From NCBI GenBank assembly GCA_038746285.1, contig JBCDKT010000012.1, positions 6,553-70,552 on the forward strand: a stretch of 64,000 nt of DNA, in the 5' to 3' direction. Each line of letters begins with the position of its first letter. The first letter of the stretch is position 1. The stretch is from Bacteroidota bacterium (GTDB lineage: Bacteria; Bacteroidota; Rhodothermia; Rhodothermales; JANQRZ01). The notes under the pieces were generated by a model. The model was not told the origin of the DNA and searched no databases. It was given only the letters and a program-made list of their open reading frames with translations. This document shows positions 54,041 through 64,000 of this stretch, one piece after another. A program made the translations under genes and the position numbers.

Positions 54041-56086
54041 ATGCCCGCTCGCCTTCTCGCCGCGCTGCTTTTCATCGCCACCCTCGGGTCGGCCCAGGCG
54101 CAAGACACGCCCTGGTACGAGTCCGACCCGCTGCCCCAGACCATGACGCCCGAGGAGGAGTTGCGCCGCGACGAGATCGGGCTCGGCTTTGCGCGCTCCG
54201 CGCCCCCGCCCGGCCCGGTCCGCAACATCGCCGAGTTCGAGCGCAGCGAGGCCGTGCTCGTCCGCTACCCGCTCGGCATTCCGCTGAACCTGGTGGCGGC
54301 GCTCTCCGAGCATGTCCGCGTCATCACGACCGTGGCGAGCGCGTCCCAGGAGAACCAGGCCCGCAGCGCCTACCAGAATGCGGGCGTCACCATGGCCAAC
54401 GCCGACTTTCTCCGCGCCCGGACCAACTCGATCTGGACCCGGGACTACGGCCCGTTCTACGTCGCCGACGGCAACCGCGAGATCAGCGTCATCGATTTCA
54501 TCTACAACCGCCCGCGCCCCAATGACAACGCGGTCCCCAGCGCCCTGGCCGCGCACCTCGGCACGCCGCTCTACGCGATGGACCTCGTCCACACCGGCGG
54601 CAACTACATGACCGACGGCCGGGGCGTCTCCGCCTCGACCGACCTCGTGTGGTCGGAGAACGGCTTCAACGAGGCGCTCGTGCTCCAGACCATGCGCGAC
54701 TACCTCGGGATCGACACCTACCACGTCACTGACGATCCGCAGGGGGCTTACATCCAGCACATCGACACATGGGGCAAGTTTCTGGACGTGGACAAGGTGG
54801 TCATCACCCAGGTGCCAACCTCAGACTCTCGCTACCAGGACTACGAGGACGTGGCGGCCTACTTCGCCGCGCAGCCCAGCGCCTACGGCACGCCCTACCA
54901 GGTCTACCGCGTCTACAGCCCGAGCGGGCAGCCCTACGCGAACGCGCTCATCGTCAACGACCGGGTCTACGTTCCGATCTCGAACTCCTCGTGGGACGAC
55001 GACGCCCTCGACGTGTACCGCGCGGCGATGCCGGGCTACGAGGTCCTCGGCTTCGCCGGAAGCTGGCTCTCGACCGACGCGCTGCACTGCCGCATCAAAG
55101 AGGTCGCCGACACGGGCCTGCTCTCGCTCCAGCACCAGCCGCTCGCAGGCGAGATCGGGTACCAGCCCGAGGTCGCCCTCGACGTGGAGATCGTCCCGTA
55201 CAGCGGGCAACCGCTCCTGAGCGACGAACTGTTCCTCGTCTACCAGGCCGAGGGCGCGCCGTTCGACACGCTCGCGCTCCAGCCGGCCGGGGGCGACACC
55301 TTCTCGGCGGCGCTCCCGCTTCCGGCGAGCGGCGGCGAGGTGGCCTACTACTTCTCGGCCGCTGACGCCTCGGGGCGCACCGAGCGCTTCCCGCTCGTCG
55401 GGCCGGCCGGGGCGCGCAGGTTTACGGTCCAGCCCGCCTCCGGCTGCGCGCAGCGCCTGACGGCCACGCTCGACGACGCGACCGCCGCGCCCGGCGAGGC
55501 GATTACGTTCACCGTCACGGTGTCGAACGACGCCTCCACGGCGGCCCCGGTCGACCTGTGGCTGGACGCGACCGGCCCGGTGAGCGCGACGCTCGACCTG
55601 GGCAGCGGCACACTCCCGCCCGGAGCCGAGGTCACGCGCATGGTCCGCGTCCGCGTGCCCGGCAGCGCGCCGTTCGGCACCTACAGCCTGGCCTTGAACC
55701 TGGGCGACGCCGCCGCTGGCGTAGTGTGCGACACCGAGCCGTTCAGCCTCGCCGTCTCGGGCGACGCGCTCGGCGCGGGCCGCACCTTCGAGGTCGAGCA
55801 GAACTTCTTCGCCGCGCGTGCGGCCATCGCCGGGACGGTGCGCCTCGCGCCCAACCCCTTCGCGCAGCGCACGACGCTCACCTTCGACGCCAACACCGAC
55901 GCCGACGCGCGGCTCGCCGTCTACGACGTGCTCGGCCGCGAGGTCGCTGTCGTGCTCGACGGGCCGGTCGAGGCGGGCACCCACCGGGCGGCGTTCGACG
56001 CCTCGGGCCTCGCCGCGGGCGTCTACGTCTACCGTCTCATCCTGGGAGACACCGTGCAGGCCGGGCGGATGACGCTGGTGCGGTAG
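54041..56086 (+). CDS. Agmatine/peptidyl-arginine deiminase family (PAD_porph) protein with T9SS C-terminal domain
   Basis: Trimmed to ATG 54041 with a signal peptide. IWTRDYGPF, HTGGNYMTDGRG, AYIQHIDTWGKF and the catalytic region TDALHCRIKE. C-terminus LAPNPFAQRTTLTFDANTDADARLAVYDVLGREVAVVLDG...GVYVYRL. Confidence 0.8.
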   Translation: MPARLLAALLFIATLGSAQAQDTPWYESDPLPQTMTPEEELRRDEIGLGFARSAPPPGPVRNIAEFERSEAVLVRYPLGIPLNLVAALSEHVRVITTVASASQENQARSAYQNAGVTMANADFLRARTNSIWTRDYGPFYVADGNREISVIDFIYNRPRPNDNAVPSALAAHLGTPLYAMDLVHTGGNYMTDGRGVSASTDLVWSENGFNEALVLQTMRDYLGIDTYHVTDDPQGAYIQHIDTWGKFLDVDKVVITQVPTSDSRYQDYEDVAAYFAAQPSAYGTPYQVYRVYSPSGQPYANALIVNDRVYVPISNSSWDDDALDVYRAAMPGYEVLGFAGSWLSTDALHCRIKEVADTGLLSLQHQPLAGEIGYQPEVALDVEIVPYSGQPLLSDELFLVYQAEGAPFDTLALQPAGGDTFSAALPLPASGGEVAYYFSAADASGRTERFPLVGPAGARRFTVQPASGCAQRLTATLDDATAAPGEAITFTVTVSNDASTAAPVDLWLDATGPVSATLDLGSGTLPPGAEVTRMVRVRVPGSAPFGTYSLALNLGDAAAGVVCDTEPFSLAVSGDALGAGRTFEVEQNFFAARAAIAGTVRLAPNPFAQRTTLTFDANTDADARLAVYDVLGREVAVVLDGPVEAGTHRAAFDASGLAAGVYVYRLILGDTVQAGRMTLVR

Positions 56087-56288
56087 GGTGCGCCCGCAGG
56101 AGCCCATCGTAGAGGCTCGCGCCCTTGCGCTTCGGTGTCGGAGGGAGCACCTGCCCGGAACCGAGCCTGGGGTTCTGGCCCGGCCCCAACGCGTCCTACC
56201 TCCCGGCGCGCTCCTGTGCTTCGGCGTAGCGTAACTCTGCCGATAGTACACTTTGGTGCAGCGCAGAGGCCGACGCTGCCCGCCGTGC

Positions 56289-56337
56289 TCTCCGCTTTTC
56301 CTGGAACAGGTCTCCGCTTTTCCTGGAACAGGTCTCC
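56289..56337 (+). repeat. Perfect 22-bp tandem direct repeat x2.2 abutting the hybrid kinase start
   Basis: TCTCCGCTTTTCCTGGAACAGG at 56289-56310 and 56311-56332, then TCTCC (56333-56337). The ATG is at 56343. A third CGCTTTTCCT copy lies at 56349-56358. Confidence 0.9.
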
Positions 56338-56342
56338 CCCGC

Positions 56343-59072
<2,730 letters not shown>

Positions 59073-59081
59073 CCGGGCCGC

Positions 59082-60455
59082 TCAGAGGACCGCGTCGAGG
59101 GCCTGGCCGAGCCGCTCGACGGGCTGCACCTTGAGGCCGTCCGGGAAGCTCGCTCCCTTGCGGTTGGACTTCGGGAGGAGGACCTGCTCGAAGCCGAGCT
59201 TGTGGACCTCGGCCGCGCGCGCCTCGATCCGGCTCACGGCCCGCACCTCGCCCCCGAGCCCGACCTCGCCGACAACGACCGTCTGGCTGTCGGCCGGCAC
59301 GTCGCGGAAGCTCGACGCGACGGCGAGCGCCACGCCGAGGTCGACGGCCGGCTCGTCGAGGCGGACGCCGCCGGCGACGTTGAGGAACACGTCTTGCTGC
59401 GAGAGCCGCATCCCCTCGCGCTTTTCGAGCACCGCGAGGAGCATCTGGAGCCGCTTCGGGTCGAAGCCCGTCGCCGTGCGCTGCGGGGTGCCGTAGCTCG
59501 CGGGCGTGACGAGTGCCTGGATCTCCACGAGGATCGGGCGCGTCCCCTCGACGGCGCAGACGATCGCCGAGCCGCTCGCGCCGTACTGGCGCTCGGAGAG
59601 GAAAATCTCGCTCGCGTTCTCGACCTCGCGCAGCCCGGCCTCGCGCATCTCGAACAGGCCCAGTTCGCCCGAGGCGCCGAAGCGGTTTTTGACCGTCCGC
59701 AGGATGCGGTAGGCGTGGTGCCGGTCGCCCTCGAAGTAGACGACGGTATCGACCATGTGCTCCAGGACGCGCGGCCCGGCGATGCTCCCGGCCTTCGTGA
59801 CGTGCCCGACGAGGAACGTCGCCGTGGCGAGCCGCTTGGTGAGCGCGAGGAGCGCGGCGGTCGACTCCCGCACCTGGCTGACCGAGCCGGGCGCGCTCGT
59901 CAGGTCCGGCCGGTAGACGGTCTGGATCGAGTCGACGACGAGGACGTCGGGGCCGATGTCCTGCACGGCGGCGACGATCTCCTCGACGTTGGTCTCGGCG
60001 AGGAGGAAGAACTCGCCGGTGTCGACGCCGAGGCGCTGGGCGCGGAGCTTGACCTGGCGCGCCGACTCCTCGCCGGTGACGTAGAGCACGGTGTGCGCCG
60101 GCAGGAACCGCCCGAGCTCCGTCATGAGCGTCGACTTCCCGATCCCGGGGTCGCCGGCCACAAGCGTGAGCGACCCGAGCATGATGCCGCCGCCCATCAC
60201 GCGGTCGAACTCCCCCAGCCCGGTTACGAGCCGCGGCTGCTCGGCCACCTCGACGTCGGTGATGCGCTGCGCCTTCGAGCCGGTCGTCCCCCGCCCGAAC
60301 GTCGGGACGATCTGCATGACCGGGGCCTTGACCGACGAGCGCTCGGTCTCCTCGACGAACGAGTTCCAGGCCTGGCACTCGGGGCACTTGCCCATCCAGC
60401 GGTGAGCGACGTGGCCGCACTCCTGGCAGGTAAAAATGGTTTTAGGCTTTGCCAT
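59082..60455 (-). CDS. radA: DNA repair protein RadA
   Basis: Trimmed to ATG 60455. Zinc finger CQECGHVAHRWMGKCPECQAW, Walker A GDPGIGKST, RadA motif KNRFG and a Lon-like C-terminus. Confidence 0.95.
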   Translation of the reverse strand: MAKPKTIFTCQECGHVAHRWMGKCPECQAWNSFVEETERSSVKAPVMQIVPTFGRGTTGSKAQRITDVEVAEQPRLVTGLGEFDRVMGGGIMLGSLTLVAGDPGIGKSTLMTELGRFLPAHTVLYVTGEESARQVKLRAQRLGVDTGEFFLLAETNVEEIVAAVQDIGPDVLVVDSIQTVYRPDLTSAPGSVSQVRESTAALLALTKRLATATFLVGHVTKAGSIAGPRVLEHMVDTVVYFEGDRHHAYRILRTVKNRFGASGELGLFEMREAGLREVENASEIFLSERQYGASGSAIVCAVEGTRPILVEIQALVTPASYGTPQRTATGFDPKRLQMLLAVLEKREGMRLSQQDVFLNVAGGVRLDEPAVDLGVALAVASSFRDVPADSQTVVVGEVGLGGEVRAVSRIEARAAEVHKLGFEQVLLPKSNRKGASFPDGLKVQPVERLGQALDAVL

Positions 60456-60558
60456 GTACCTTCCGGTGTTCGGTGTGACGAGGTTCTTCACGCAACGATG
60501 TGCCGAGCCGCGACGTTAAGCCCCGACCGCCAGTATACCTCACCCCCTGTGACACCGC

Positions 60559-61326
60559 ATGGTCGCGCTCATCCGCCACCGGACGGACGCTTTCTTCACC
60601 GGCCTCGGCCGGTTCGGGCTGCTCCTCGGCAGCGCCTTCAGCGGGACGGCCCACCTCCGGCTCTACTACCGCAACCTCACCGAGCAGTTCGTCCGCGTCG
60701 GGATCGACTCGCTCCCGATCGTGGCCCTCGCCTCGGCGTTCACCGGGGCCGTCGCGGCGGTGCAGTCGATCTACCAGCTCGAGGGCTCGTTCTACCTCCC
60801 GAAGACGGCCGTCGGCTCGTTCGTGACGACGAGCGTGATCCTCGAACTGGGCGCGCTCATCGCGGCGTTCATCCTCGCGGGCCGCGTCGGGGCGCGGATC
60901 GCGGCCGAGCTCGGGACGATGCGGGTGACGGAGCAGATCGATGCCCTGGAGGCGATGGGGCTCAACTCGGCGAGCTACCTCGTCCTCCCGCGCATCCTGG
61001 CGGGCGTGCTGATGTTCCCGCTGATCTACGTCGTCGCCTGCACGGTCGGGATCGGGATGGGGCTGATCGTGGGCGAGGCGACGGGCGTGATCTCGACCCA
61101 GACGTTCATCGACGGGGCGCGCCTCCTGTTCCGGCCCTACGACGTGTTCTTCGGCGTCGTCAAGTCGCTCGCCTTCGGGTTCGCCATCACGAGCGTCTCG
61201 TGCTACTACGGCTACTACACCTCCGGCGGGGCCGAGGGCGTGGGCCGCAGCACCACCCAGGCGACGGTGATGTCGTGCGTCTTCGTCCTCCTCGCCGACT
61301 ACGTCCTGGCGGTGATTATGCTTTGA
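60559..61326 (+). CDS. mlaE: MlaE-family ABC transporter permease
   Basis: 255 aa. GIDSLPIVALASAFTGAV...ELGALIAAFILAGRVGA...EQIDALEAMG is typical of MlaE/Ttg2B permeases. Confidence 0.85.
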   Translation: MVALIRHRTDAFFTGLGRFGLLLGSAFSGTAHLRLYYRNLTEQFVRVGIDSLPIVALASAFTGAVAAVQSIYQLEGSFYLPKTAVGSFVTTSVILELGALIAAFILAGRVGARIAAELGTMRVTEQIDALEAMGLNSASYLVLPRILAGVLMFPLIYVVACTVGIGMGLIVGEATGVISTQTFIDGARLLFRPYDVFFGVVKSLAFGFAITSVSCYYGYYTSGGAEGVGRSTTQATVMSCVFVLLADYVLAVIML

Positions 61327-61408
61327 CCGCTCCCGGCTTTCAGCTTCCGGCTGTCAGCCCTTTTCCTGGCCGAAAGCCAATAGCCGAACGCTGACAGCCA
61401 ACAGCCCC
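61327..61408 (+). repeat. Structured intercistronic spacer (mlaE-mlaF), paralogous to 62144..62221
   Basis: 10-bp stem GGCTGTCAGC (61349-61358) / GCTGACAGCC (61390-61399) enclosing the 19-mer GCCGAAAGCCAATAGCCGA (61369-61387), which recurs exactly at 62189-62207. Confidence 0.7.
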
Positions 61409-62143
61409 ATGATCGAAATCCAGCACCTCTCGAAGAGCTTCAGCGGGCGGCCCGTGCTCGAGGACGTGTCGCTCACGATCCGCGACGCAGAGACGTTCGC
61501 GGTGATCGGGCGGAGCGGGTCGGGCAAGAGCGTGCTGCTGAAGCACATCATCGGGCTGCTCACGCCGGACACGGGGCAGGTGCTGATCGACGGGACCGAC
61601 CTCCACGCGCTCTCCTACGCCGACCTCCGGCAGATCCGGCAGCAGTTCGGCGTCCTCTTCCAGGGCGGAGCCCTCTTCGACTCGATGTCGGCGCTCGACA
61701 ACGTGGCGTTCCCGCTGAGGACGTTCACGCGGCAGTCCGAGGCCGAGATCATGGACCGCGCCCACTGGTGCCTGAGCGAGGTCAAGCTCCCCGACGTCGG
61801 CCCGAAGAAGCCGAGCGAGCTCTCGGGCGGGATGCAGAAGCGCGTCGCCCTCGCCCGCGCCGTCGCCCTGGAGCCGAAGTACATCCTCTACGACGAGCCG
61901 ACGAGCGGCCTCGACCCGCAGACCTCGGCGACGATCAACGACCTCATCGTCCAGCTCGCCGAGACGCTCTGCGCCACGAGCATCGTCATCACGCACGACA
62001 TGAACTCCGTCCTCGCGATCGCCGACCGCGCCGGGTTCATCCACGAGCGCCGCCTCCACTGGACCGGCACGATGGACGACCTCCGCTGCTGCGCCGACCC
62101 CGACACCCTCGCCTTCGTCAAGGCGAGCGAATATGTAATTTGA
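61409..62143 (+). CDS. mlaF: MlaF-like ABC transporter ATP-binding protein
   Basis: Walker A GRSGSGKS, signature LSGGMQKRVALARA and Walker B ILYDEPTSGLD. Confidence 0.9.
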   Translation: MIEIQHLSKSFSGRPVLEDVSLTIRDAETFAVIGRSGSGKSVLLKHIIGLLTPDTGQVLIDGTDLHALSYADLRQIRQQFGVLFQGGALFDSMSALDNVAFPLRTFTRQSEAEIMDRAHWCLSEVKLPDVGPKKPSELSGGMQKRVALARAVALEPKYILYDEPTSGLDPQTSATINDLIVQLAETLCATSIVITHDMNSVLAIADRAGFIHERRLHWTGTMDDLRCCADPDTLAFVKASEYVI

Positions 62144-62221
62144 AGCTCTCGGCTGTTGGCTTTTAGCTGGCAGCCTGTTCTCCTGAGAGCCGAAAGCCAA
62201 TAGCCGACAGCCCCTCACCCC
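62144..62221 (+). repeat. Structured intercistronic spacer (mlaF-mlaD), paralogous to 61327..61408
   Basis: 15-bp stem TCGGCTGTTGGCTTT (62149-62163) / AAAGCCAATAGCCGA (62193-62207) with one G-U and a 29-nt loop. It ends CAGCCCC...ATG like the first spacer. Confidence 0.7.
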
Positions 62222-63172
62222 ATGCAATACGGCAACGAGTTCAAAGTCGGCGTCGCGATCACGGTCGCGGCGCTCATCGTGTTTTTCGGCATCCGCTACC
62301 TCGCGGGGCTACCTGTCTTCGGCGCGGGCTACGAACTCACCGCAGTCTTCGAGGACACCGAGGGGCTCGCGTCCGGGAATCCTGTCGAGGTCAGCGGCGT
62401 GCAGGTCGGGACGGTGCGCGAGGTGGCGCTGCTGCCCGGTGCCCGCGAGGCCCGCGCCGTGCTCTCGATCACGAGCGACGTCTCATTCCCGCGCGGCTCG
62501 CTCGCCCGCGTCAGCGGGTTCTCCGCCCTCGGCGACGTCGGCGTGGCGATCGAGCCGGGCGATCCTGCCGCGCCGCCGCTCGAGGACGGCGACCAACTCG
62601 TGACCAAGCCCGCGTCGGACATCATCGGCCTCGTCCAGAACAACGCCGAGCGCCTCTTCGGAAGCGTCGACACGCTCCTCACCGGGGCCGCCGGGACGTT
62701 CATGAACGTCGACAACCTCCTTGCCGAGAACGGCGACCTCAGCGAGACCGTACGCCAGCTCCGGATCGCCTCGTCGTCGGCGAACCGGCTCCTGACCTCG
62801 CAGCAGGACCAGATCGCCGCGACGCTCGCCAGCCTCCGCCGCACGACCGAGAGCGTCGGCGTCCTCACCGAGCAGGCTGGGGCTTTCGCCGACGAGAACG
62901 CCGACTCGCTCGCCCTGACGATCCAGCGCCTCAACGGCGCGCTCGCCGGCGTCGAGGCCAGCCTCGCCTCGTTCGAGGCGACCTCCACCCAACTCGACGC
63001 CCTCCTCGCTAAGCTCGACAGCGGCGAGGGCACGCTCGGCCTGATGCTCAACGACCCGACGCTCTACGAGAACCTCAACACGACCGCCACGAACCTGAAC
63101 CAACTCATCCTCGAGTTCCAGGCCGACCCCAAGCGGTTCCTCAAAGACCTCCGCCTCGTGGATGTGTTTTGA
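62222..63172 (+). CDS. mlaD: MlaD/MCE-domain protein
   Basis: N-terminal TM helix, then an MCE domain (YELTAVFEDTEGLASGNPVEVSGVQVGTVREV) and a long helical C-terminus. Confidence 0.85.
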   Translation: MQYGNEFKVGVAITVAALIVFFGIRYLAGLPVFGAGYELTAVFEDTEGLASGNPVEVSGVQVGTVREVALLPGAREARAVLSITSDVSFPRGSLARVSGFSALGDVGVAIEPGDPAAPPLEDGDQLVTKPASDIIGLVQNNAERLFGSVDTLLTGAAGTFMNVDNLLAENGDLSETVRQLRIASSSANRLLTSQQDQIAATLASLRRTTESVGVLTEQAGAFADENADSLALTIQRLNGALAGVEASLASFEATSTQLDALLAKLDSGEGTLGLMLNDPTLYENLNTTATNLNQLILEFQADPKRFLKDLRLVDVF

Positions 63173-63204
63173 ATCCAGGGTCGGGAGGTCCGGGGCCGAG
63201 AGTC

Positions 63205-63843
63205 ATGTGTCTGAGAAGCGTCTGCATTTTAGCACTTGCCTTTTTGGCCGCGCCAGAGGCCGAAGCCTGTGGCTGTGGCGACAACAGGCCGTGGAGCGAA
63301 GTCGCGGACAGCAGCGATGTGCTCTTTACCGGGCGAATGATTAGTCATCGCTCGGTCTACGCATTCGACCGATTTCCATGGCTTGAACTGCCACATTGGA
63401 TGGTGCCGCATGATGGAGGTTCGGGCTACGAGTCTATGCTCTTCGAGGTGGACCGATGGTGGAAAGGAGAACATCGCCAGCGCATCGAGGTGCGCACCGA
63501 TCATTCTTCCTGTGCGATGATGATTCCCGAATATGGCCAGAAAATGCTGATAGAGGCGTACGCATGGGACGGCATCCTCTTTACCTGGCTCTGTGCGCGC
63601 TCCCTACCGGTCCTCACACCCAGAGACTTAGACTCCACGCTTGCAGCGCTTCCTGAATACATGGATCCTTGGCTGGTGACACAAGACACACTGGACCGGC
63701 ACTTGGGGCCAGGATATTTCCCAGACAGCAACGAGCGAAGCATTCTTGCCTTCACCTTCGTAGTCGCACTCCTGCTTCTCGTTGGCGGAGCAGCATCGTG
63801 GTTTATGCCCAGACGCGGCGCTCAACCTGCCCCAGATCTATGA
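63205..63843 (+). CDS. Low-GC gene for a signal-peptide, Cys-x-Cys (TIMP/NTR-like?) protein with C-terminal TM anchor
   Basis: ATG 63205 (the track starts at TTG 63169). MCLRSVCILALAFLAAPEAEA|CGCG..., SDVLFTGRMIS, FEVDRWWKGE, IEVRTDHSSCAMMIPEYGQKMLIEAY and C-terminal ILAFTFVVALLLLVGGAASWF. Many A/T third positions (TGT CTG AGA AGC GTC TGC ATT TTA GCA CTT GCC TTT TTG). The CDS call is firm but the family call is tentative. Confidence 0.7.
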   Translation: MCLRSVCILALAFLAAPEAEACGCGDNRPWSEVADSSDVLFTGRMISHRSVYAFDRFPWLELPHWMVPHDGGSGYESMLFEVDRWWKGEHRQRIEVRTDHSSCAMMIPEYGQKMLIEAYAWDGILFTWLCARSLPVLTPRDLDSTLAALPEYMDPWLVTQDTLDRHLGPGYFPDSNERSILAFTFVVALLLLVGGAASWFMPRRGAQPAPDL

Positions 63844-64000
63844 CCTCCGACCCCAAACCCACCTACGACGACGCGCTCGCCCTCTTCCACGATTGGACGG
63901 AGACGGACAGCCTCCGTCGCCACGCCTACGCTGTCGAGGCGGCGATGGTGATTTATGCTGAGCAGTTCGGCGAGGGTGTGGAGCAGTGGCGGATCGCGGG
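63840..64000 (+). CDS. HD/HDIG-domain phosphohydrolase, N-terminal fragment (runs off window end)
   Basis: ATGA overlap with the previous gene. MTSDPKPTYDDALALFHDWTETDSLRRHAYAVEAAMVIYAEQFGEGVEQWRIAG matches the common HDIG family N-terminus (..SLRKHALAVEAAMR.YA..). Confidence 0.7.
   Translation, partial: MTSDPKPTYDDALALFHDWTETDSLRRHAYAVEAAMVIYAEQFGEGVEQWRIA

Overview
This 64-kb window is very GC-rich (roughly 70% by eye) and gene-dense, with about 56 credible CDS and no large non-coding gaps. It reads as core chromosome of a high-GC Bacteroidota/Rhodothermota-type organism. Supporting signs are three proteins ending in T9SS (Por) C-terminal sorting domains, the bacillithiol genes bshB1 and bshC, and G-poor leaders without Shine-Dalgarno sequences.

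Recognisable housekeeping genes:
- lat plus a cupin, lipA, ndk, leuS, hisC, mnmA, ridA, apt with a cell-wall amidase, radA, a zapE-like ATPase and mlaEFD
- M32 and M42 peptidases, two LmbE/PIG-L deacetylases, a NamZ-like DUF1343 protein and an MscS channel

Regulators:
- a propeller/Y_Y_Y HisKA_3 kinase with a NarL-type regulator
- a LytS/LytTR pair next to a TonB-dependent receptor
- an ECF sigma/anti-sigma operon
- a hybrid kinase with two receiver domains

I recognised no rRNA, tRNA, CRISPR array, transposase, integrase or phage gene. Most long ORFs in the supplied track are Arg/Pro/Gly-rich shadow frames caused by high GC. Several real genes were trimmed to internal starts, and two CDS absent from the track were added: an edge-truncated gene at 1-764 and a 59-aa zinc-ribbon ORF.

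No complete novel system can be proven from sequence alone. The best second-look items are:
- 21-bp-phased ACCGTTCGTC-type direct repeats bracketing the LytS/LytTR operon, as candidate LytTR operators
- a tightly overlapped four-gene module: lipoprotein, zinc-ribbon micro-protein, stand-alone Clp_N protein and coiled-coil protein
- a mid-50s %GC gene for a Cys-x-Cys (TIMP-like) membrane-anchored protein wedged between mlaD and an HD gene
- an in-frame, stop-free 321-nt stretch upstream of namZ that starts with a signal peptide and contains a REP-like double hairpin
- families of word-built hairpins and tandem repeats in the intergenic spacers

All functional calls rest on motifs read by eye. 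No database search was run, and start codons are best guesses.
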